A stretch of DNA of 63,809 nucleotides, counting the filler, from Polymyxa betae A26-41 (Eukaryota > Protista > Endomyxa: Phytomyxea), in NCBI GenBank assembly GCA_003693705.1. It is 7 parts of 7 records of this genome, joined end to end, with 100 filler letters (N's around TTAATTAATTAA, not from the genome) between each part and the next. Parts side by side here need not be neighbours in the genome. Positions count along the whole stretch, not along the records: positions 42,153 to 51,124 come from RBZT01000552.1; positions 51,225 to 59,838 come from RBZT01000621.1; 5 more parts are not named here. One strand, 5' to 3'. A program made the position numbers and the translations under genes. This document shows, one piece after another, positions 46,845 to 57,948 of this stretch (positions within the stretch are counted from its first letter, which is position 1; each line of letters begins with the position of its first letter). The notes under the pieces were generated by a model. The model worked only from the letters and a program-made list of their open reading frames with translations. It was not told where the DNA came from and searched no databases.

Positions 46845-49228
46845 ATGAACATTGGCACCAGAGGATCGCGAGTCTCCGTCGACTTTGTATGGGTCCCAGA
46901 TAGCCAGGCGTCGGCCTGCTATTCCTGCCAGGCTGGTTTCACGTTTTTCAGGCGGAAGGTGAGAGTTGTCATCCTTAGTCACCATTATCGTACTGACTCT
47001 GAGCGTTTCGTTCGAGCTGATCTTGTTTCATAGCAGTAAGCTTCAAAACTTTGATGATATTTTGTTTTGAAAAATTTGTATTAGTCATTGCCGGCTGTGC
47101 GGCCGTGTATTTTGTGATTCGTGCTCCAATAAACGGTTAGCTGTAGACAAAAACGCCGATCAGTTTGTCGTCCATCGCGTCTGTTCCATGATCGGCAATT
47201 TGTGTTGACTTCTAATAAGTATTTAGGCCTGCAATGCTTGCTATGATCGGGTTTTAATTAGCGAACAGCCCGCTGCTACCCGAAACGGTGATGATCTCTC
47301 AACAAACCTTATTTTATACAAGACCCAAACGCTGTGTGTGTCCTGTTCGCTTATTGATCAGCGAGGTTTTGAGCCTGTTGATGCTGTCGTATGGATTTCT
47401 GGATTTTCATTTTGTGTTGAGAATGCTCAATTCCGTTTTAGGTGAGGCAGAAAGGGTCAGAAGTGTTTCTCGAACGGCATTGCTCGATGCATGCATCAAA
47501 TCCCGTCCTATATTGCTCTGATGCAGCATTCTTTCGTAGAATGTTTCAGTATGACCGCTCCTGGTTTAAAGCGAATGTCGAGGAGCAAATCCATAATCGA
47601 CACCAACAGCCATTTAAGGTCACTCTTCGTGTAAGTTTATCTCCGTTATGAAAACTGTATATAACAATATAATCTCTAGTTATTTTCGAACGGTCGATTT
47701 ATGACCATTGATGCAATCGATGCGTCCTTGCAGCGCTTCTGTGCGATTCACGATCCAGAGAATTCTTTCATTGTGACCTGTGATGGAGGTAGTGTAGACG
47801 GACTTCGTACACTTTACAATTGATTGGGCTAATAGGGCTTTTACCAAGTTTGTCGCATGTCAAACATTTCAACAGGCTGATTTGTCATATGTTAAATTCA
47901 ACATCACGTTGTATATTCGCGATCGAGCTGCTTTTCGATCGACTTCGTGATATCTCTCTCTTGCATGATTCTTGTCTTTTGAAAGGTACACGACCTGTTA
48001 CTTCTCCTTCCTAGTGTTTATCGTCGCATAGGTCGAGTGTTTCCTTCTGTCCGTTATCACTTAACAGAGAATGGACAAGCTGTAATTGCAGTTTTTGTTG
48101 TTCCATATCTTTTCTCATTGTCAAGATTTTTAGACTGCCGTTAAGGAACTCTCGGAGCTGGTATCCGTTTTGAGGAATATTATCGACATAAAACTGTGTT
48201 TGAGGCTCTCTTTTGATCGCGAGAATCCAGATCTCAGGTTGATGCTTTCATTTGCTCAATCACAGAGGTATTTTGTTTTGCATTTCTCTATCCTCTACTC
48301 AACCTTCCTACAGAGACATTATTCGGTATCTATTGCTTTTCCCTACTAGATCAAATAAGGAATTGCTGTTGCGCGCTGTCAGCCCTAATGTGCAGGTGGA
48401 ACCGCTTTCTGAGAATGTGGATCCCCTGAGCGTAATAGACCATATCTGTAAAGCAAAGGGTTTGTATCTCTTAAGGTTATCTTGACATTCTGAGCTTCGT
48501 TCAGGATTGGCCCGCTCCGATTTCTTTCCTTTATGTGCTTATCAAAGTACTGTACATATGCTGTATTGTGAGTTCATTTTTGACAGCCGCTTTAGTGCTG
48601 GAGCCGCTATTCGCATTGCTGGGATTACCGCGGTTTCCAGTGAAAATGTCGCCTTTCTGTGCGTTTATTTGTCCGATTTCAGTCAAACAAGGTGATTGCT
48701 GCCGATAATTTAACTAAATCAGTTGCTCTTATGTTTTTAGATGGAACAATTTACGCCATGGCGCGCTTAATTGATGTTGCTGCTTTACATGATGCCTTGA
48801 TACCTTTTGTTGAGCAATGGCGCCGTGGTCGACCAAAACGCAGCGACGTTTCACAGATCCGCCAGGTTGGATCCCAGATCGTATTCATAATCCACAATAA
48901 TGGGATTTCGGTAGTGCCTACAAACATTTCTGCAAAATTTTCCCGCGCCATCACCGCTGCTCAACGATATAATATCGATTCTGTCATGTAATGATCCCGT
49001 CAGTTTAAAGCGATTGCAAGAATTCTCCTCATCGCTCCAGTACATTGTTATTCAAGTATTGTATCAATTGTTTCACTTTCTTGTGCTCATATCGGTATGC
49101 AGAATACTATGGATATTGGTTCAATGGATTTACGGCGCAAATGCCAATGTTCGGCTGCATTAACATCATTACCGTCTGGAGCTTCTTCTGGAGCTTTCGC
49201 TGCTTCTTGCATCGGAGATTGTTTTTAA
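46845..49228 (+). CDS. FYVE domain fused to a degenerate MJ0619/Tes-like radical-SAM homology region
   Basis: WVPD..CYSC..RRKHHCRLCGRVFC..C..ACNAC; then TQTLCVSC..VDAV|VRQKGSEVFLERHCSMH..LYCSDA; SDFFPL..SPFCA..MARLIDV; IVIQ|NTMDIGSMDLRRKCQC..AASCIGDCF*. Confidence 0.7.
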
Positions 49229-49320
49229 CGTATTAGAGGTTCAAATTACCCATCACCTGCAGCGTTCACGTGTCCGGTATCGTGTTATTTTATTTGCATT
49301 CGAGTCCCACTGATAGTTAA

Positions 49321-50191
49321 TCATACAAAGATATCGAAATGTGAATCAGATCCTTGCGAACTACTGTTTGCCGACGAATTCTGATTAATAAAGGTGCCAA
49401 TCATGGAACTGCTTCCTGGTACAAGCATTGACAGAGTCTGGAAATTCAGTGGAGGCTCGCTTTCAAATGTTGGCAGAGTCTGCTGCGCCCTTGGTCCCAG
49501 GCTTGTGAATCCCAAGCTATCGGCCGTCTCAGTGAACGGCAACTCGGCTGCTAAAGTAGGTTGGAGTTCGGGTAATGCCTACAGGTTGGTTGGACTTTTG
49601 AAAATGGCATTCTGTGATTGTATGTACCGATCCAGGAAATGTTTGCTGAAGAAGCGATGTCATCTGTTGTAACTCTGCTCTCAGCTTCATCTTCTCATGT
49701 TGGATACTGTTGTTTTCCATCCGCAGACTCTGAATTAAACTAATTGCTTCACTCAAGATTACGAATTTTTCAGCTGTGTCGATGATTATCAGCAGGCCTC
49801 CCAACGAGGTCCAGTTTGACCGACCTTTAGCACATGACATGTTTAACATATCAGTTAGAACTTCGAATTTGTCGTTGAGTTCCAGACGGCGACGTTTCTC
49901 GCGGTTGTTCTTTCTGATCTTCCTTTTCGAACCAAGAATGGATTTCGATAGATTCCTGCGACGTGCATCAGATTTTGCAATGAGCGAGATGATCATCAGT
50001 AGTTACTTGTCTATAGAGCCTTGCTTTGATTTCATGGATTTGTCATCGCTCTCTATAGCTCCGTTGTTGCCTGATGAGTTGATTTCAGAAAAAAAGAATT
50101 TGGATTCTCGGCGATTATTTGCGGCTCTCGATGCCGGTAGATCATAAACGGCGACAAAATCATCCTGATCCGGTAAATTCAATGACATCAT
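49321..50191 (-). CDS. bHLH(-ZIP) transcription factor
   Basis: KNNREKRRRLELNDKFEVLTDML..AEKFVILSEAISLIQSLRMEN followed by a zipper-like heptad. Confidence 0.85.
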
Positions 50192-50453
50192 GGCGACCTA
50201 TTCAAGCCTATTTAATTGCAAGTGACAGCATTGCCTTGCACTCTCTCAACCTGTGTGATATACGAGGATTTCCCATCACCCAGCAAGTTGGCATCCAAAT
50301 ATCCATCCATGCTCGAGATAGTCGAAATGAACGGTGCCCGATAAGATTATAGCAGATCTCTAGTTTCTGCTTGTCAATATCTTCAGGTACAGGACAATAT
50401 CTCCTAGATTTAACCATTTCTTGGTGATTTTTAGTGTACGCCGCAAAAATCTC

Positions 50454-50733
50454 ATTCCTTGACCAAAATGTAACATACTACCACATGATACTGAAATCCT
50501 GGAAGGTCGGAATTTATTCCATTTTGGCATCGGTACATAGGATCACAGAGTCTGTTGCTTTACAGATATTACTCTAAAATGTATCTATCCATAATTCCTT
50601 GACCAAAATGTAACATACTACATGATACCGAAATCCTGGAAGGTCGGAATTTATTCCATTTTGGCATCGGTACAGAGGATCACACAGTCTGTTGCTTTAC
50701 AGATATTACTCTAAAATGTATCTATCCATAATT
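50454..50733. repeat. ~140-bp near-perfect tandem duplication
   Basis: attccttgaccaaaatgtaacatacta...tatctatccataatt starting at 50454 and at 50594. Confidence 0.9.
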
Positions 50734-51224
50734 GCTTTTCTCATTGAAGATCACAACTGTAGACTCGCCAGCTCGCAGCAATCTGCCTTAAAGCCATCCG
50801 TTTCTATGGAGAAGCTGATAGGCGCCCGAATTAAACGAGTTTATATGAAATGAATAGTCCTATCGAGCAGAATGCGATCTTTCCACAACAACTGCTTTGA
50901 GCGCTCTGGATAGTGTTTTCTACAGCATTGTTAGCACGATTTTGTTGAAGAATATCAATAAATTAAATTACATGAACACATTCCAATTCGAATATCGTTT
51001 CACAATTTCATTTACTAACTTTGAATCCAATTACGAATGCTCTAAGTAGTGATTACCAGACGATCATCAACAACGGGTGATATCGGTGAATGTTGTTTGG
51101 AGTAGTTGATAACACAATCTAACANNNNNNNNNNNNNNNNNNNNNNNNNNNNNNNNNNNNNNNNNNNNTTAATTAATTAANNNNNNNNNNNNNNNNNNNN
51201 NNNNNNNNNNNNNNNNNNNNNNNN

Positions 51225-52465
51225 CTATTTAAACCACATTGCGATACTACGCAAATGGTAACATAAGGGTTTCAAGTCAAGACCGCCGGAAGCTGAAGGC
51301 CCCCAAGCCCTGAATCACGTTCCGTCGGAATAGCGTCACGGACATGCGTCACGGACCGCGGAACTACCCTGGAAGAATTACAGTTTGATTAAATTACCAT
51401 TACGATTTTACAGCACTAACTCCAACGACTATCACGTTTTAGTAGAAGTGCTATAGAATTAAGATGTGATACCTCGCAGTGGCCTTGGTTGGTCGTTCAT
51501 GTGCAGCATACACTGAACCACTGAAGCCAGGCCAGGTTAGGAAACCGTGCTCCGGCTGAGTTGAAAACTGGACAGCCTCCTGATAATCCCTTGCAGGATG
51601 TGATTCGTATGCATTGGCTGATTCGATGCCAGTCACGCCGCCGTCGACCGCCGAGATAGAACAGCACTATGATCGTTCGATCAAAGCGCTGGCTGAATTT
51701 CATAAAACTGCGAACGTGTTTACTAGCATGAAAGAAATAAAAAACGGCAAAAATCGACTAAAAATCGCATGATTAATCTGGAAGTGGGGGAGTATGTACT
51801 CGTAGCAGTACCGGATCCAAACAGAGCGCCTGGCGGCAAACTGAGACACAAGTGGCGTGGACGGTGGACCGTTCAAGTAACGCGTGCTATCAGCCCCTGG
51901 GTCTACGAAGTCGAGGACATTGTCAGCTTAAAAGCGAGTAACATTCACATTGAGAGACTAAGATTGTATGCTGATAAGCAATTGAATGTCGATGTTGATA
52001 TAAAATCACAGTATTGTTTTGACAATGTAAAATATGAGATTGAAGAATTCCTGGATGTTCGAAGGAACAAGCAGACGGGTGAATTTGAACTGCTAACGAG
52101 CAGGAAAGGTTTTGAAAATGATCAGAACAGTTGGGAGCCGATTGGTAACCTATTGATCGATGTGCTTGAGCTTGTAAAGAGATTCAAACCGAAAACAGGA
52201 CACAGGCTAAAGAAGGAATGGGAAATGTTTATTTCTGTTCAACGCCAGCGTTGAGTATACCTTCCTCCAGTTTTTGTCCCACGAGGTTTTTCTGGGGGTT
52301 TACTGGTGCTCACGCTAGGTCGAGATTTTTCTTGGAGAGGGGAGTGTGGTGATCTGGTTAGCGCAGCCCACCTACGTTACTTTATACCGTACGCAATTAA
52401 TACAGACTCATTCTATATTATTGTCTTCATCTGTGATCGACTGTCTCGTACCTCAGATCGGCACA
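51225..52465 (+). mobile_element. Ty3/Gypsy chromovirus 3' remnant: integrase C-terminus + chromodomain, PPT, short 3' LTR
   Basis: GEYVLV..KLRHKWRG..VYEVED..IHIERLRLY; chromodomain YEIEEFLDVR..KGFENDQNSWEP; PPT ggagaggggag at 52334-52344, then TGTGGTGATC...GATCGGCACA (52345-52465). Confidence 0.8.
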
Positions 52466-55400
52466 CAGTGTTTTTATCAACCGTGGACGCCATGATGATC
52501 ACCTTATTGGGCTCATTGCCAAGGTAAGAGTATCGACGATCGGTTGCTGTAATCTTCCAATTGAGCACGATCTGCAGATGTGGCAAAATGATTAGCTGCG
52601 ATTCCGAGTCCCTAATACGAACTTCAGGTCGTTCACTACTTGATTATTAGCGCTCTACAACCGAGCGAATTCGTAATAATCAAAGTCCCGGTGATCAGGA
52701 TCGAAAGCTTTCCAAGCGACTAGATCTTGCGAAGCCTCTTCCCACTATTTCAGGCCCCTACGAGCTCTGTGCGATCGTATACCAAGTTGGTGAGTCTTTC
52801 CATGGGATGCAAGGATTGATTTACCGAACCATAATCGTGCAAACGAAATCAGATCAACTCATACATCGATGCTTTCAATTAAAATCGGATCTGCCTTGGA
52901 TGCTGTGAGACTGGTAAACTTATAATTTGGATTTAATGTGGCATTGAGAGTTATTTCTAGCTTCCAGAAGAATACCCTTTAACAACGAAGGAATTTTACC
53001 ATCTGTATCATCCTGTAAGGCATATTTGCCTTCCCGGTTCATACAAGTCGAGACAAGTTAAATTCAAGCAACGGTAACAATCAACGACCCCCTGACCCTT
53101 TTTCATCCCTACAGAACGAGATTACAAAGTTAAGCTCTTGCGGATCCCTGATGCAGGTTCTTTCTTTATCATGATAGTTGCTGTCGCTCAATCAAAGTCG
53201 TTACAGAAAGAAATATTTCCGGACGTAGAATTATGGCCGGGCAGAATGGAACGGGGCGAGGTTTGTTAATAAAATCTCGCTGCGGGAAGATTTTTTCTAA
53301 CATACTTCAGCAGGATTCCGTTCTTTTGAAGCTTAGTTGTCCAGCACATCATATTTGGAACGATGCGATTCTTTGTGGCCAAGAATAAATATATTGATTT
53401 TGCGAATCAACTCATCATCGCTATGTCGCAATCGTCGGACCCGACTGAACAAAAGCTAGAGCTTGTCAACTTGCTATGCTGGACCTAACTAATCCAATCG
53501 ACAATCTTCACCCGACCTTAAGGTGTCCATTACTGGAGAAGTACGCCCAGTCGCAGCAAAATCTTCCAGAATAAGGTCCTTTTTAGGGATGCTGTCACGG
53601 GCGTAGTGTGTGGTTGAGAAATTTGCCAATAGCTTACGCAGTCTCTGAACCGATGAACATCAATCATGTCCGTTGAACTAGAAACCCTCCAACATCCGAG
53701 CTAACCTCCGACTTTGGCTCTATAAAAGGGCTTATGATCTATTCTTCTTATCGGGAAAGACAGAACAGGTGTCAATATGCCTGAGTCTGATTTTTGCAGA
53801 AGTTAACCCTGCTGAAGTGCCAGCGCAGGTTGCTTCAATGACCACATTGGCAGCCCCGAATCAAATCGAATCTGCTTGAAAACAAGAAGTGTCAGATGAG
53901 CTGGGCAATCGTTATTACTGACCCTGTGGCGAGAATGGAAGCATGGTATAAGAGGAGGGCCCGCCTATGGAATCGTTCGAACGGGATAATGGAACTAAAC
54001 GGTGAAAGGGAAAGCAAGAACGACGATACTTCAATCGGAGAAAGTTAATCATTAACGTCATTGAGCACCAAACTCGCACAATGGCAGGAGATTTTATAGA
54101 ATGAGTTAATATCGTTGCCCAAACATTTAAACGCTTTTCCCGCCTACATATGTGTCGCTTCCGCAGCGAAAAAGGAAATCCCCATCCTAAAGGAACTTCG
54201 TCACCCAGCTGACAGCTGACAGCAGCACGGCACCCAACGCAGCCTCTGTCAAGATTCAGGATTCCGCGTCCCAGAACAAACACTTCTTGCATCCAGGGGG
54301 AGAGCAATGTCGTGACTCACGACATGAATGATTCAATTACCCTCATCATCACGGTATTCTCACCCAATTTCTTTGTAAATTCTTTGAAGCATTATCATTC
54401 ACATTGTTTCGGACCGGTTTATCACCGTCAGAATTCCCAAAATATAAGAGACTTCGATCGTCCGTTTCAGTAGTTCCAAAAAGAAGACTATCCACACATT
54501 TCGCAAACGCCTCCTTTTCGGGTCTAACCATAATACGACAAGGCATTCCATTACATTTTTTGGGTGCTCCACAACAATTGGTTGGCATTGTTGGTTTTGA
54601 AGAATGAAAAAGAATGACACGCTCCGTTAGGGTTTATCAATTTATTGACGCAACATAGAACAAGTAATGGCACGGCGCGATCCCAGTCACACCGCTGTCT
54701 GCCTTAATAAAACGCTCGGTTGAAATCATCGCCATCGTTCATTTAGCCATTCGCATCCTAACCTAAAAACCTTTATCGCTATGCGGTAATCTGTGTCAAC
54801 GAGTGATAGCCATGGCTCAGGATGTCGAACCGTTGGCCGGAAACACATTGGTGAAAACGCTTCGTACGTTGTTGCCCATGTTGGGCCAGCGATGGCCTGA
54901 TTGCATAAGACGTGAGAACGTTGCCTTAACTCTTAAGTGATCCTGTAGATGCAAGTGATCTATGGCGGCCAGTCGTTGTTCGTGTGGCGTGGTCTCGCGC
55001 GGTATCGAGCGGAACCCGTTGCCCTGCGCAGAATAATCGCCAGAATGTCATGGCCCAGCCATGACAACAGGGAGGCGCGACCCCCTGGGCGACGAGCGCA
55101 ACCCCCGAGACTACAGCCTCCCGATCCGGCCACGCATTGGATCCTTCCGGCTGCCATCGTAGAACTGGACCTGGAACCTTCCAGCAACAGCCGACAGGAA
55201 CCTTCTAGCAACAGCTCTCGCAGATGAAGCTTGGTGTGGGAAGTGGTCCGCCCCCATTCCGGTTGTAAGAATCCAATCCCCGATTAGACTAGTTCATTCG
55301 CCCTCCTTAGTATAATGTTATAAGCCAGCTACTACAGTGGTCGAGGAATGGGGGATAGAAGAAGAGAAAGAAGAAGAAGAGAAAGGGAAAAGGGAGGGCG

Positions 55401-55566
55401 AAGAGAGCATCTCCAACGCGCAGACCCAACCCAAAACCCAATACCTCAAAAGTGCGTTTCCGCAATTTTTTAGCTTGCTCCAAAATTGAGTGTCCCCATC
55501 GCTTGGATCGAGCTAAAATCTACATACAACATCGTCCATTGCATCTGGACTGTTTATTCGTCGATG

Positions 55567-56900
55567 TCGATTGTAACGAACTGGTTTCTTGGGTCTGGCT
55601 TCATGGCCATGCAGGATACTGAGTTAGAGCAGCTGGCTGTCGTTTTGAGCGACCTTGATAGCGATGATGAGCAGGAAGCAACACATGGCGGCTCCGTTTC
55701 TGGGCGTCCGTTTATCTATAGAGATCATGAAGTGTCTGCCCGTCAAATTTACATGGATTATTTTGCTACAAACCCAACATACCCGGCCGGATAACATTTG
55801 TAGACGTCGGTTCCGTATGCATCGTTGATTGTTTTTTTTGCGAATCGTGCAAGATGTAAAGCAGCAAAACGATTACTTTCTGCAAACGAAAGACGCGCTA
55901 AACAAGGCGGGACTCAACTTTGCAAAAAGTAGTTGCTGCTTTTAGGGTTTTAACTTATGGTTGCCCTTACGACTCAACTGACGAATACGTCAGAATCGGC
56001 AAATCGACAGCCGTCGAATGTGTGCGACATTTTTGCCAGGCAATAATTACAAAATATGCCAAAACTTATCTTCGACAGCCAACCTCGGAAGACCTGGAAA
56101 GAATCTTGCGTCATAACGCCGAACGTGGGTTCCCAGGAATGGTGGGTTCCATTGATTGCATGAACTGGAAATGAAAGAACTGCCCTGTTACTTGGCAAGG
56201 ATCGTATCGTTGCATCGAATGGACTTCAATTATTCTGGAGGCAGCGGTATCGCATGACCTGTGGTTTTGGCATGCCTCTTTCGGCATGCCTGGTGCCTGA
56301 ATGACATCAGCGTTCTCCAGCGATCGCCGTTGCAACGTTCCCTCATCAATGGTACAGCACACAAAGTTCAGTTTGAGGTTTGCGGAAACGAGTATGATCT
56401 GCCATACTGGCTTGCAGATGGGATATATCCAAACTGGCCTGTCTTTGTCAAAGCGATTCCGGATCCACAGGGAGCAGCGAAGATTTATTTCAGCAAAATG
56501 CAAGAGTCGTGTAGAAAAGATTTTAAGCGTGCATTCGGTGTGCTGCAAGCTCGGTTCGTCATTGTTAAACTGCACGGCAATGGAAGCAAGAGCGGTTACA
56601 CGAAATCATGCAAACCTGCGTCATTCTGCATAACATGATCGTGGAGGATGAACGTCACAGTAATAATCTCTTGAACACGGAATTCGACTCTAGGCTACCA
56701 AGGCCACCGAATGGTCGTCGAACACGTCATCAGGACGATCTCCTAATAACTGTCAGCAGAACCACAACCGCTGACTTACAGCTGCTTCACTAGCCTCGAT
56801 AATCAACCGAACCATGGAAACCAGGGATCACTCCCGATACCTGCAACTGCAATCTGACCTCATTGATCACCTCTGGAGTACAAAATCAGCAAAAGATTAA
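55567..56900 (+). pseudogene. Harbinger (plant-type DDE) transposase, stops and frameshifts
   Basis: FRRRFRM-like motif; QKVVAAFRVLTYG; RGFPGMVGSIDCMNWK*KNCP; NDISVLQRSP; YWLADGIYP; ESCRKD..RAFGVLQARF; CVILHNMIVEDE. Confidence 0.9.
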
Positions 56901-56906
56901 TTTTTG

Positions 56907-57710
56907 CTAAACATCGACATCGGTAATTAGATCAACTCCAGCCTCAGCCGCTTCTTTCATCAACTTCTGCTTGGCAATCTTCTGCTTCAATTGCAAGTAC
57001 TTTTTGGCCATAGGATCTGTGCGATCGCTGAACATTGACAATTGGGTGGCTTTTTCTTGCAGGTTGGCCAGGCGATTCCCAATGGCGTTCTGCTCTTCCA
57101 CTAGTAAGGCATTGCGTTTGTCCATTGATTGTTGAGTAGATTCACGGAAGGCGCGCTTGTCGTCTTCAAATGCATTTAAAGTCTTAGATTTTTTAGCTCC
57201 AATGGGGCGCTTCAATTCTTCAGTTTTCTTCTCGGTTTCTTTTGCTAACATTTCATCGACAGAAGGTACTTCCTCAACCCTTCGACGTTTAGTTTTATTT
57301 TGGCAACTCGGCGAAAGAATAGCATCCTGAAATTTGGGAACCTCTTTACGAAGATATTGCCAGACCTCAAGCAACTTATTGAAATCATTACCGTTTGTGT
57401 TAGAGTACATTTGCAAAGCATCTGATATATAATCGTCTTCGTTGTATCCGGATTTCGGTTGTGAGGTGCACTGTGAAAAACAGCCGACAAACTTCGACAC
57501 AGCAGGCTGGACAGATTTTTTCCACTGATTCGTGCAAGCTATATCAGAACGTTCAGTATCGGGATGAAATCGTTTGAACTGAGGATGAACTGCTGCCCAA
57601 TACTGGTCGGCAGATTGGGAAGTCCCTTTTTGCGGATCGTGACTAACGTAAACAACATCTCGGGCAAGGCAGAGGTTCTCTGCCTCGGTCCACGACTTTC
57701 CCTTCACCAT
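56907..57710 (-). CDS. Harbinger Myb/SANT-like (NAM-associated) DNA-binding protein, intact ORF
   Basis: SWTEAENLCLAR..VSHDP..GTSQ..YW; W..VQPAVSKFVGC; KRPIGAKKSK. Confidence 0.85.
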   Translation of the reverse strand: MVKGKSWTEAENLCLARDVVYVSHDPQKGTSQSADQYWAAVHPQFKRFHPDTERSDIACTNQWKKSVQPAVSKFVGCFSQCTSQPKSGYNEDDYISDALQMYSNTNGNDFNKLLEVWQYLRKEVPKFQDAILSPSCQNKTKRRRVEEVPSVDEMLAKETEKKTEELKRPIGAKKSKTLNAFEDDKRAFRESTQQSMDKRNALLVEEQNAIGNRLANLQEKATQLSMFSDRTDPMAKKYLQLKQKIAKQKLMKEAAEAGVDLITDVDV

Positions 57711-57948
57711 TCTTACAATTGTCAGTAAATCGAAGATGACATCAAGATAAACATTGAGCAACCCTGTTCAGTCATTCTTTCTTTGGCTAGGTCCGTGGCT
57801 CTGGGTTTGTCACGAAAGCCAAAACATGTATTTTGGATCCATTGAGCCAAAGAAAAATTGCGCGTTTAGTTTTGACTTCCGAATTGGGGATAAATTTTGA
57901 GCCAAAAAAGTCCTTGGCTCGCAGTTTGGCTCCGCGTTGGAGATGCTC

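Larger units (their letters stand above)
55405..57948 (+). mobile_element. Full-length PIF/Harbinger element (copy 1) with 16-bp TIRs
   Basis: GAGCATCTCCAACGCG (55405) and CGCGTTGGAGATGCTC (57933-57948); convergent transposase and Myb-like genes. Confidence 0.9.

Noticed and set aside
52490-54620. Fragmentary ORFs with splice-like signals
   Set aside because: No consistent gene model or recognisable family
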